A stretch of 64,000 nt of DNA, from the NCBI RefSeq assembly GCF_018350175.1, contig NC_058368.1, positions 56,732,001 through 56,796,000 of the forward strand, read 5' to 3'. The DNA is from Felis catus. Lineage: Eukaryota. Within the stretch, counting starts at the first letter, position 1, and each line of letters begins with the position of its first letter. Both the position numbers and the translations under genes were made by a program. Under the pieces are notes generated by a model, which did no database searches, had not been told where the DNA came from, and saw only the letters and a program-made list of their open reading frames with translations. Of the stretch, positions 1 through 11,039 are shown piece by piece.

Positions 1-329
1 TGTTCATATCCTGACATCTATTTGCCATCTGTTGATGCGAATTAGTATACTCAACTGGCTGGTGAAAACTTTTATATACAGTTAATATAAACTTTTCCCT
101 AGATGAATGATTAAGGTCAAATAGAATTTACATAGAATTTAAAAATATTAATTGGTAAGTGGATACTTAATACAGAATAAAAAATAATCTATGTTATTTA
201 ATACAGTGTCATTAAAATACAATATTAAGAATAATATAATCATAAAAGGTGTCTGTGGAAAATATCTTAACAGGCTTTATGAGAAAGGAAATGGCATATA
301 ACAAAACTAACAAACTTCTATGAAACAAA

Positions 330-670
330 TGAGAAAAAGTGAGCAAATTGAAATATAAACTTTCCTTGATTGTAAAGAATCAAAAGTATAAAAATGCCAA
401 TTACTTCCACACTGGGAAGTGCCTCAAAATCCACCTATGGTGGGCAGTTTTACAGTATGTAGTATTTACAATGCATTCTAAATTTTAGGAATTTAGCTGA
501 AGAAGCTAATTGAGTCTGGAAGTAAATGTGCATATAAAAAGTATATTAATCAGAACAGTTTATAATAAGTAAATAGATAAAAACATTTATTAGCTATTGT
601 TACAAGGTAAAATCATCCTATTGTAAATGGTTTTTCATAGTATGTCATACTTTGGAAAAAATATTTATCT
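330..670 (+). mobile_element. Highly diverged old LINE-1 (L1M-type) fragment
   Basis: Degenerate resemblance to L1 ORF2/3' motifs (e.g. ttccttgattgtaaagaatcaaaagtataaaaatgccaatt; ttttaggaatttag...gaagctaat). Confidence 0.4.
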
Positions 671-1057
671 GTATTGCACATATAGATGATTGGATATCTG
701 TCTTCCTAGCTACTTATATATGTATATGTAGATATATAAATATATGTTTCTAGATATCAAAAAAATTAACTTCTTTCTGAGTATGGACACATAAGTTATT
801 TTAAAAATATTTTATTGTAATCTTCTAATCATTTACCATCGTTACGTATTATTTCCGTAGTTTCTATGTTCTCTTTGCATAGAAGCTTAATTATGCCATC
901 GAATCCTCTTTTCCATTCCACACAATACCCAACACCCATACCCACTTACTTCTTTGTATAATACCTTCTTCATGTGAAAGAACTGACAAAGTATGTGGAT
1001 CCATTTTGGTACCAGATGCTCTTGCATTTCATCAGAATGCAGGTATCCATGACAACT

Positions 1058-1168
1058 GATGCTTTATGAGGGCAGGGATTTTAACTGTTTTGATCACCAT
1101 TATATCATTGCTGGTAAGAGGAGTGCCTGACACCATGTATATATTCAGCAAATGTTTCAACTTAATTA
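1058..1168 (+). mobile_element. LINE-2 3' end
   Basis: atgagggcagggatt...tgttttgatcacc...agtgcctgacaccatgta...ttcagcaaatgttt matches the L2 3' terminus pattern. Confidence 0.75.
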
Positions 1169-1781
1169 AGCAATTACCAGAATTTACAAATACATGTTTT
1201 GTTCTGCCTTGAAAGCAGAACTATTCATTATTTTTTAAACTCTAGTTAAGAATTAAAAATGAATAACTCATGGCTATCTTAAATATTTTGAGTGAATAAA
1301 TGTCCATCTGTTTAAAGATATAATTCTAGACTTAGAGTAGTAAGCCTAAATAAAAAGTGACTAAGCCTAAGGTTTTTAAACAATTGCCAGTTCTTAAAAG
1401 GGTTGCTGGCCCAAAGAAAACAGTGGGATATAACACACCCCATTAATGAAAATGCCCTAAAAGAGTTGAGTCTTGTTTGAGTGTAAGAGGAGAATCATGC
1501 CTCACAGGAAGGTGGTATAGAAGCTCTAGAAATGGAATGCATGTGTACTTAAACATTTCCCACATTCCCATTATTTCTGGTATTACTCGTGTCTTTGGGT
1601 AATCCTATGCCTCTGAAAACGATTGGCCATCAATACCAATCGATACCAATTGATAATCTGGAAATAGGTTTAAAGAAACAATATGAACATATCTTTAATG
1701 TTGAAATAAGGTTGCAATAAATGATGTTACAACTCTAGGCCTTGATCCTATTTGGGGGTGTTGAATATACCTCTTTTCTAG

Positions 1782-1785
<4 letters not shown>

Positions 1786-1819
<34 letters not shown>
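1786..1819. repeat. (TG)n microsatellite
   Basis: Direct reading. Confidence 0.98.
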
Positions 1820-1820
<1 letters not shown>

Positions 1821-2004
1821 ATGTGTTTGATGATTTTTCTGTATGCATATTTGTAACGATACCTCCATAGGATGTGTGAAAAATACCGACCGTGCATTCT
1901 TATTTCAAGTACCATTTACTGTAGTCCTCCAAAATTTCCCCTAAGATCTCAGTTATTAACAGCTCCAACTGTATTTATTTTGAATAAAGGTATTATAAAG
2001 GCAT

Positions 2005-2431
2005 AGGCGATGCCTTTCATTTGCTCTTCTAGATTCATTCTCCACCTATTTCCTTCTTTTCTCTGCCTCAGTAGGTACTCTCCATGATTAGTTATATCAA
2101 TGTGCTCCTGTGCAACTGGTCTTCCAGTTGGATCTAAGTAGTTATTTCCCTAATTCCCCTTGTGAGTTTGACTTGAATTTCTTGTGTTCCTTGGGCAGAG
2201 GTCACTGCTCCTCTCAAGATACCTTACCCTGTTTTACACTCTTGTTCTAAATTCTGATATCTCCACCTTGTCTTTGTTCCTTCATACTTGTAGGCAGTGA
2301 TAACTACAATTTGCTAGATTTGGGTTCGTGCATTAATCCTTGCATTTACCCTCACCCCACCCACATCTTTGTAAATTAATCCTTTGTAATAATTCTTATT
2401 TGGTAGGGCTATCTTTATTGCACTTGATATA
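2005..2431 (+). mobile_element. ERV-L LTR, LTR33-like (5' LTR of proviral remnant)
   Basis: ctagattcattctccacc...ctctgcctcagtagg...ctccatga...atcaatgtgctcctgtgc...tcttccagttgg resembles LTR33; ends ...tgatata just before an ERV-L-type internal start (aattggtattacaaatagcccaggaagca). Confidence 0.65.
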
Positions 2432-5400
2432 AAAATTGGTATTACAAATAGCCCAGGAAGCATGTATTTGTGTCAGGTTGTTCAAATATTGAAGGCAAAC
2501 ACATATTCAAGCCATATTACTGGAACAAACAGGATTAATCTGTAGTAGAAGCGATCTCAGAATTGCTCAAATTATCACCAGTGGTAACTTGGGATGAATT
2601 ATAGGTAGAAGGGATAATATTTAGAGAACAAGTCATTGTGGTACTTAGTTGCTATGGCAACTACAGTGATTATAAAGATAGCAGATTCACCTGATTTCTT
2701 CGTACAGTTCTAGAGAACAAACACAGAGAACAAAAATTTAGCAGTTATCAATATACAGTTAATATGCATAGAAACCAGAGATATTTCCAAAATCTTTGAA
2801 GAGGTCCCTCAGCTCCTGAATTATAATGAGTTTAAGGACCTTGTATGTCCAGTTTTTCCTAAATTTCCTTTGCCCCCACTCCTACCCAGGAATCTGATCT
2901 CTGCATGCCAGCATTTTGATGGTTACATGCAAGGCATTATCTTTACAAACTGAGGTCAGTTATTCTTAGGTGCACCCACATTACCTTTTATTCCTTTCAT
3001 TGTCTTCAAGTCCCTAATGACAATCAAACCTAATAAAATCCTGCTAAAGAAGCACAAGTCCTGATCCAGGAGAAAATCACCTTGACATTGAAAAAATTAT
3101 AAGATTTCTAGGATCTCTATTGGCATAAGACTGGGAGCAATTGTGGAAGTGATTCTAGTGTAATAGACCAAAGGAAACATAACAAAGACTTGATTTGGTC
3201 AAATATATTGAAAAGCATTTAAGCTTTAAAGTGCTGATTTGATTAACAGGAAGTAATAGTATATTAGATGGGCTATTCAAAGGCAGGCTCAATGATGACA
3301 TTAATTAATAATATGAAAACGCTGTAATTTCCTTGTGATATTGAAGTGAATGCAGTCTAAAGAGTTAGGAATATGTGAATATGGGGATGTTGAAGTGGAT
3401 CAATTGAGTGCACATTTCTCAGCTGCATCTAAAAATAACTCCCTGCTGGACCTTCCATAACCAAATATTAAGACCACTGTTTATTGAGAGATACTCCCTT
3501 ACCCTTGAAAAGCTCTCTGTACATCAGTGTTGACTAAGGGTGATACTACACGAGACACAGGCATCCTGATGTCATGATGATAATAGAACCTAGGGACACA
3601 GGCCAGTTGGCAACAGTAAACCATGAGGGACAGCATGAATGCAATTACCACAATTAAACTACACTGGCATAAAGTTAATTAGGTGTTTTAAGCTCAAGGA
3701 TTTGTGACAATGGTTAAATGATCTCAGGGCACCTAGAAATTAAATAGAAATTCAGCTTCTAAAAGCACTGCTTGACATATATAGCAAGAACGGTCCTAGG
3801 TCTGTTGAGGTCTGCTGAGCAGAACACTAACCTGTCCACAGTAATGGTTATTCTAATAACCTTTTAGGAGTTGTTAGATATAGACTTTGAATGTGAGCTG
3901 ACCTTTGGCCACCTCAAAAGCTACTATAGTTTTTCATTCAGTGCAAAGATTTGTGGCAGTCATCTGATAAATGGAATCTTGGCCTGAGTCCAAGTAATTT
4001 CAGTGGGACTATGGCTTCCTCTTCAAATTATTTCCTCAATTCTGAAATGAATAGTCAAAATTTATACGTTTACTACATGGCAGAATTTCCATTTTGGTTT
4101 CCTAAACCATGGAGTGAGAGACATTATGGCAAAAAAATGCTCAAGTTGAAAGCATTATATTTGAGTCTTTCTTTCAGCCACAAATATAAAACAAAAACAA
4201 TGCCATATTTATAGAGAGAATGGCAGAAGTCAGCATGCCAACTGAAGTCTTTTGAGATGCATGGGTGCTGATTTCTACATCTTTTAACTTGTTTACTTGG
4301 CTGATGCAAACTTCACTGGTTAATGTAAATGTTACACTTCTTGGCCATCATTGGCCATCATTTTACTTGATATGGCATTATCTCAGTGGGATTCCCGCTA
4401 ACTACCAGGTGGCAGGTCAATTACATTGGACTCCAAACACAATACAAATGAAAGGTATCTCTTCTCACACATATTGAATCACATTCTGAGTATGGATTTG
4501 CCATTTTTGCCCTCAAAGGCTCTTCTAACACCACCACACATGAAACTTTGCCATCCTTTATCCATCAACATATTTCACACATATCATATCTGACCAAAGA
4601 AGTATAGCAATGCACTCATGGTATGGAGTTCATTTGTCATATTTTGTGTTCCCTTACCCATAAAGACTGGGCTTAATAGAATGATTTACTGATGCTGAAG
4701 AATGAGTTATGGTGCTAGCTGGAGACATGTGGCTGAGAAATAAGCTATAAAATAAGAGAAAATGAAATAATATCATACTGTTATTAGCTTACAAGCTTAA
4801 AAATTCTAATTTTAAACTCACTGTTCACATGATCAGCAGTTGGTCTCAACTGGGTAATTCTGATGTCAGCTGAGCTCATTCATGTGTCTTTAGAAATCAG
4901 CTTCGATGTTGACTTCTCAGCAAGAAAGCTCTGCTTCTGTAGGGTTGACTGGCTTTTGGCTGAGTATCTGTTTCTCCACATAGTTTTTCATCCTCTACTA
5001 GGCTAGTGAAGCCTTGTTCCAATGACAACAAAATTTCTGGAACAAGGGAAGAAACATACAATTTTTGTATGGTATTTTGAGGCCTGGATTCAAACCTCAC
5101 ACAATATTAATTCTCATATATGTATTGCCAAAACAAATCCAAAGTCTAGCCCATAGTAAAAGGATAAAGAAAAGATTCATTTTATTGCTGAAAGGAGCTG
5201 CGACATTACAATGCAAAGATGTGTGCATTTGGGGTAAAGTGGAGGATTGTGAACATTTTTGCACTTTAATGTGGAGCAAAGTGTTTGTAACAAAATGAGA
5301 TTAATTTGGGTGCTCCTTATTATTCTTTTGCCTGATATTAGTCAAAGAAAAACTTCAGAAATCCAATAAATACAAGAACACAAGGAATTGTATGCTATAT

Positions 5401-5784
5401 GAATAAAGGCATGGAACACATGATCAAGTAAAGTAGATGTTATAAAATGTTAGATACTAAGGGGACATTTGAACGTGCAATGGAAAAAGGCAGACATTAT
5501 TAGTAATTATGTCAGCATCAGAGGTAGGAACAATATGGGAACTATATTCCATATTACTCTCTTGTTATCATCATCCCTGTTTTACTTCACAATCTTATAT
5601 AAAAACCACTATGTGTGACTGACATTTAATTTTCAGATAGGGTCTTAGCTGAACTAATATCAACACTTAATATAGTTGTGTTTGGAACTTGGTACTTCCT
5701 CTGAGTTAGGCTTTTCAATGTAGAAAAAGACTTTCAATATAGAAAAAAATCCAAGAGTAGATCCTGAAATTTTACATAGTGAAC
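2432..5784 (+). mobile_element. Decayed, internally deleted ERV-L internal region (gag, start of pol, integrase, 3' region)
   Basis: ERV-L hallmarks: aaattatcaccagtggtaacttgggatgaa (gag 5'); gatttgtgacaatggttaaatgatc (gag 3'); aaacaaaaacaatgccatatt (pol start); ggtggcaggtcaattacattggactcc (integrase WQVDYIGP-like); gagtatggatttgcc. No intact ORF. Confidence 0.8.
4779..5265 (-). mobile_element. MLT1 (MaLR) LTR nested in the ERV-L internal region
   Basis: ctcaactgggtaattctg...cagctgagctcattcatgtgtct...ctaggctagtgaagccttgttc...ggagctgcgacattacaatgcaaag resembles antisense MLT1F/G/H. Confidence 0.65.
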
Positions 5785-5961
5785 TGTACTAAATATCTTC
5801 CTATTGTCCTATAAATCCATTCCACCTCCTCTTTGTTCTAGGGTTCTAAGAAGAATGGGCTAAGGTAACAGGTATTCAGTGCTTTCTGATTTCATTTATT
5901 TTAGACACAAGGAACCCTGACAGTAGATCAGTAGATCAGAGAATGGAAAAGAGTGAATTCA
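5785..5961 (+). mobile_element. Truncated 3' LTR33-like LTR
   Basis: Starts with TG after a degenerate PPT-like gtgaac; aaatccattccacctcctctttgttct and agatcagagaatggaaaagagtgaa resemble LTR33; breaks off at the palindrome at 5963. Confidence 0.55.
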
Positions 5962-6059
5962 TTTTTTATAGAGAAACAAATAATTTGTTTCTCTATAAAA
6001 ACAAAACATAAACAATTTATTTCCTGAGAAACAAATCTCTTCTAAGCTTACGCCATCAT

Positions 6060-6170
6060 TTAATTAATAGTGGTGGACATTTATTGACCACCACTATTCA
6101 GCACTGTGCAGGATACACATGTTCTGTTGGCTTTAAATATTACAACCAAACTAAGATGATAGATTTATCA
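6060..6170 (-). mobile_element. MIR fragment
   Basis: acatttattgaccaccact...cagcactgtgc...ttacaaccaaactaagatgatag resembles antisense MIR. Confidence 0.5.
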
Positions 6171-6397
6171 CACAAGATAAAATAACAATGATGTTTCTCA
6201 ATAAGTAGTTTGGTATAATTTCCAAAATAACTGTATTATTATGGATATTTAATTTAAAAACTCTCAAAATACATATTTTTAATATCAATAAAATTAAATA
6301 TTTGGAGATGAAAAAAGAGACAGCATGCAAATGTCACTCTGTTCATGTCCACTGCCATGTCTGCTCTTCCCTTGGATTTCAGTGGTATGCTGCACAG

Positions 6398-6616
6398 ATT
6401 TTTTAAATGTCTATTTATTTTTTAAAGAGAGAGAGAGAGAGAGACAGAGTGTGAGTGGGGGGAGAGGCAGAGAAAGACACACAAACACAACCCAAAGGAG
6501 GTTCCAGGCTCTGAACTGTCACACAGAGCCTGACTCGGGGCTCGAACCCATAAACCGTAAGATCATGACTTGAGCTGAAGTCAGATGCTTAACTCACTGA
6601 ACCACACAGGCACCCC
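6398..6616 (-). mobile_element. Can-SINE (SINEC)
   Basis: T-rich tail, (GA)n, ccaggctctgaactgtc, ends aggcacccc. Confidence 0.95.
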
Positions 6617-6782
6617 CAGGTTTTTTTTTTCAATGTAGAGAAATCTGTAAAGTTTTAACTTTCTCCCTTCTAGCTTCATATTCTTTGACAGATGGTTTCA
6701 GGAATGCCATCTCTCTCAGCCCTGGCCATGAGCTCTGTGTTGCCTCAATTTTATAAATCTTTCTGTTGACCCACAAGGGAAG

Positions 6783-7232
6783 TGTTGCAGACGGAGTCTG
6801 GAGTTCTCTCTTGTCCAGCAAGAGAGTAGACACAGAATTGAATATGAGAGAGGCTAACGTACAGAAGGAGATGAGAGTCCCAAACAGGAGAGCTCTTATT
6901 GAGCACTTAAGATCCTTCACATGTGGTGAACGTGAAGAAAACAAGATCTTAACACATGTAGTGAACATGAAGAAGACAATCAGAAAGTAATTGTTAACTT
7001 GTGTGTAAGAAACAAAGGGTCTGGGGGGGCAAGTGGGGTTTGTGATCAAAGTATATTGGTGCCAGATGGAAAGTAATTCCCTGCACATGACATAACAAGT
7101 TACTCAGGATCCCATTATACTATCTTCCTAACTAACCTTGGGCGCTTTTGTCCTGTGGTGGCGGCTTTCTGCCCTAAGCTTTCTTAATCCATTTATGTAA
7201 ATATAAGGAATTATTGAACCTGTTTCCCCACA
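6783..7232 (-). mobile_element. Solo retroviral LTR (450 bp), possibly class II/betaretrovirus-like
   Basis: TG...CA termini; exact 6-bp flanking duplication GGGAAG at 6777-6782 and 7233-7238; minus strand starts TGTGGGGAAACAGG and ends TCTGCAACA; internal 35-bp-period direct repeat. Confidence 0.85.
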
Positions 7233-7524
7233 GGGAAGAAGACTTCCTGGTCTCATTCCACCTCCAGAAACAGAAGAGTTCTACACACTCTGCAGAAGGC
7301 TCCTCCCGAGAGGCTCATAATCAGCACTCAGGAAGGTAGGATGGGTGGTAAAAAGATTTATGCATTAGTGGCTATGTTTTCAGGAGGCAAGTGATAAAGA
7401 GATCCTGGAGGGCTTGTTGTGAGCAGTTAGAGTTTCAGAAGTTCAGTAAGGGGAAGCAAAGGTATATTGTTTCCTTTCTATTGCTTACTTCAGGTATATT
7501 GTCTCCTTTCTATTGCTTACTTCT

Positions 7525-7801
7525 AATTTCATTTATTCTTCTTATTCTATTTTTAACCGTAAAATTTAGATATATAATTTTAAACTGTTTGCAATAAGTG
7601 ATTTGACTTTTTATAATTATACATTTCCCTCCCTAGAATGCTTTAGGTGCAGTATAAGTTCTGATATGCTATATTTTCATTACGATTTATTTAAAAATAC
7701 TTCATGTGACTTTTTGACAAACAGATTCTTTAGAAAATGTTTGCTTAATTTCCAAATATTTAGGGTTATCCTGTGTATCTTCTTTTTTAATGTTATTTAT
7801 T

Positions 7802-7841
<40 letters not shown>

Positions 7842-8215
7842 TGAGTACAAGGGGGCAGGGAGGGCAGTGAGAGAAAGAAAAACACAGAATCTGAAGCAGG
7901 CTCCAGGCACTGAGCTGTCAGCACAGAGCCTGACACAGAGCTTGAACCCACAAACTGTGAGATCATGACCTGAGCCAAAGTCAGACACTTAAGTGACTGA
8001 AACACCCAGGTGCCCCCTAGGTATTTAATAGGCTTTTAATGTAATATAGTTGCAGTTAGAGCATATATGTATGTATGTATAATCCCTTAAAATTAATTGA
8101 AAATCTGTTTATGATCTAGTATATTGTCTTGGTGAATTTCCCATGTGCAGTTGAATTTTATTAAGAAGCTGTTGGTTTTAGTGTTTTTAAACTTTCATTA
8201 CAACTTTTTGTTCAA
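7525..8215 (-). mobile_element. Old LINE-1 ORF2 fragment (interrupted by SINE)
   Basis: ttcttta gaaaatgtttgcttaatttccaaatattt...ttggtgaatttcccatgtgcagttgaa is typical of antisense L1M ORF2. Confidence 0.65.
7781..8016 (-). mobile_element. Can-SINE (SINEC)
   Basis: Full antisense Can-SINE body ending ccaggtgcccc. Confidence 0.95.
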
Positions 8216-8248
8216 TCCATCATGTGTTTACCATATCCAAAAGTATGG

Positions 8249-8708
8249 TGTTAGTTTTCCAGAGCTGTCATAATAAGTCACCATAAACTGGGGGGCTTAA
8301 AACAACAAAAAAGATTATCTCACAGTACTGGCAACTAAAATCCAGGTGTCAGCAGGATTGGTTCACCCTGGAGTTTCTGTGAGAGAATCTGTTCCATTCT
8401 TCCTCCTAACTCCTGGTGGGTGCTGGAAATTTTTGGTGATCCTTAGCTTATAGATGCATCTCTTTAATCTCTGCCTTTTTCTTCACATGCCATTCTTCTT
8501 TGTGTGTCTGTGTCTTCATGTTGTCCAACCTTCTGCATGTTTGTGTCCAAATTTCCCTCCTCTAATAAGAAGACTAGTCATCGGATTAGGGTTTACCCTA
8601 ATCCAGAATAACATTGTTTTAACTTAATTAGGTCATATGCGTAGATATTTTGGCATTAGGATTTCAACATGTCTTTTGGGTGAGGGGGACACAATTTAAC
8701 TCACAACA
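8249..8708 (-). mobile_element. MLT1 (B/C-like) solo LTR
   Basis: tgttagttttcc...gcttaaaacaaca...ggacacaatttaactcacaaca; TG...CA ends with a 5-bp TSD TATGG (8244-8248, 8709-8713). Confidence 0.9.
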
Positions 8709-8751
8709 TATGGTTATGATTTGTACTATCTTCAAAAGAAATTCTAATTTA

Positions 8752-8967
8752 TTTATTTTTAAAATTTTGTTTATTTATTTTGAAAGAGAGAGTGAGAGAA
8801 TGTGAATGGGGAAGGGGCAGAGAGAGAGGGAGAGAGAGAATTCCAAGCTGGCTCCATGCTTTCAGCTTACAGCCGAATGCAAGGCTCCATCCCATGAAAT
8901 GTGAGATCATGATCTGAGCCAAAATCAAGAGTCAGACGCTTAAGCAACTGAGCCACCCAGGAGCCCC
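8752..8967 (-). mobile_element. Can-SINE (SINEC)
   Basis: Antisense body ending ccaggagcccc; degenerate TSD aaag(c)aaattc(t/c)aattta. Confidence 0.95.
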
Positions 8968-8985
8968 AAAGCAAATTCCAATTTA

Positions 8986-10113
8986 TTGAGCAAAGGACAT
9001 GAATAAAAATTTTCCAAAGAAAACATCCAGATGGCCAACAGACACATGAAAAGATACTCAACATCACTCATCATCAGGGAAACACAAATCAAAACTACAT
9101 GGAGATACCACCTCACACAAATCAGAATGGCTAAAATTAACAACATAGGAAACAACAAATGTTGGCAAGGATGTGGAGAAAGGGGAACCTTCTTGCACTG
9201 TTGGTGGGAATGTAAACTGGTGAAGCCACTCTGGAAAACAGTATGGAGGTTCCTCAGAAAGTTAAAAATAGAACTACCCTATGACCCAGCAATTGCACTA
9301 CTAGGTATTCACCCAAAAGATATAAAAATACTGATTTTAAGGAACACATGTAGCCAATGTTTATAGCAGCACTATCAAAAATAGCCAAATTATGGAAAGA
9401 GCCAAAATTTCCATTGACTGATGAATGGATAAAGAAGATGTGGTATATATACACAATGAAATATTACTCAGCCATCAAAAAGAATGAAATCTTGTCATTT
9501 GCAACAATGGGGATGTAGCTGGAATGTATTATGCTAAGCAAAAGAAGTCAGTCAAAGAAAGACAAATACCATATGATTTCGCCCGTATGTGTAATTTAAG
9601 AAACAAACAGATGAACATAGGGGAAAAGGAAAAAAAGAGAGGGAAGCAAACCAGAAGAAACTCTTAACTATAGAGAACAAATGATTGTTGGGGAGGATCT
9701 GGGAGGGGAATGGTCTAAATGTGTGATTGGTATTAAGGATGGCACTTGTAGGGCACCTGGGTGGCTCCATTGGTTAAGTGTCTGAATTCGGCTCAGGTCA
9801 TGATCTCACAGTTTGTCAGTTCCAGCCCCACAGTGGGCTCTGTGCTGACAGCTCAGAGCCTGGAGCCTGCTTCAGATTCTGTGTCTCCCTCTCTCTCTGC
9901 CTCTCCCCAGCTGGAACTCTGTCTCTCTGTCTCTCTCTCTCTCAAATTAAATAAACACTAAAAAAAAAAAATTAAAAAAAAAAAGGATGGCACTTGTGTT
10001 GAGCACTGGGTGTTATATGTAAGTGATGAATCACTAAATTCTACTTCTGAAATCAATATTATACTATAAGTTAACTAAATAAAATCTAAATAAAAATTTG
10101 AAAAAGAAAAAAA
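8986..10113 (+). mobile_element. 5'-truncated carnivore LINE-1 (ORF2 C-terminus, 3' UTR, A-rich tail)
   Basis: ORF 9031-9366 gives L1 ORF2p C-terminal motifs ([14 protein letters not shown]...[20 protein letters not shown]...[12 protein letters not shown]); carnivore-type 3' UTR; A-rich tail. Confidence 0.95.
9750..9982 (+). mobile_element. Can-SINE inserted in L1 3' UTR
   Basis: Perfect 15-bp TSD aaggatggcacttgt (9735-9749, 9983-9997). Confidence 0.97.
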
Positions 10114-10402
10114 TAATTAATAAGTAATTCTAATTTAATTGCAGTGCTTTAAAAATATATGCATGATACCAAATCTTTGCAATTCTTTTTTGAGTTGTTG
10201 TGGAGTCAGTTTTCAAAATTTCAAAAATTTCAATTTTTGAAACATCGTATTCAAGAGAAAATAAAACGTAAAAGATTCCTTTCTAATTGTTAATTGAAGT
10301 GTTCCATAAAAGATTAATAAATTTATTTATTATGATGTTGAAATTTTCTCTATTACTACATTTTTGTCTGTTTTATCTATCAAAAATTGAGAAAAGTATA
10401 TA

Positions 10403-10618
10403 TTTTTAAAAAATTTTAAGTTTATTTATTTATTTATTTAGAGAGAGAAGGAGCAAGCAGGGGAGGTGCAGAGACAGAAGGAGAGAGAGAATTCCAAGCA
10501 GGCTGTCTATTGTCAGCACAGAGCCCGATGTGGGTCTTGAACTGACCAACTGTGAGGCCATGACTTGAACCAAAACCAACAGTTGATGCTTAACTGACTA
10601 AATCAGCCAGATGCCCCC
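10403..10618 (-). mobile_element. Can-SINE (SINEC)
   Basis: Antisense body; TSD aaaagtatat. Confidence 0.95.
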
Positions 10619-11039
10619 AAAAAAGTATATTTAAAGTGCTCAATGTGATGAAAATTGGCTAATTTCTAAGAGGAGTTATGCAGATTTCTACCATATGTAT
10701 GTACACATACACATAAATATTACAGACATTCACATACATGGATGTGTATACTGTATTGCACTTTGCTTTAATGTATCATCATCATCATCATCTTTATCAT
10801 TTATAGAAACAGGGTTTATTTTATATTTACCTACATGTCTGAAGATTATTTGTTTACAAGTATTTTTTCTCATTCTGGTTCTTACCTCTCAGAGAATACT
10901 TTCAGCATCATTATTTTTTAAAGGTACATCATATATAATTATACTGGTGAATTGTATTTTTATTAAATACACATTTTTTTCTTAAGTAATATCATAAGAA
11001 AGTGATTACTAGTATTTATTGTGCTGTTCATTTATTGTA

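Noticed and set aside
6630..7088. Longest ORF in the track (152 aa, minus strand) next to a T10 run, suggesting a processed pseudogene
   Set aside because: The ORF straddles the solo LTR boundary at 6783 and has no recognisable homology, and the T run is explained by the adjacent SINE target site.
9031..9366. 111-aa ORF as a host gene
   Set aside because: It is the C-terminal part of LINE-1 ORF2p in a truncated, frameshifted copy.
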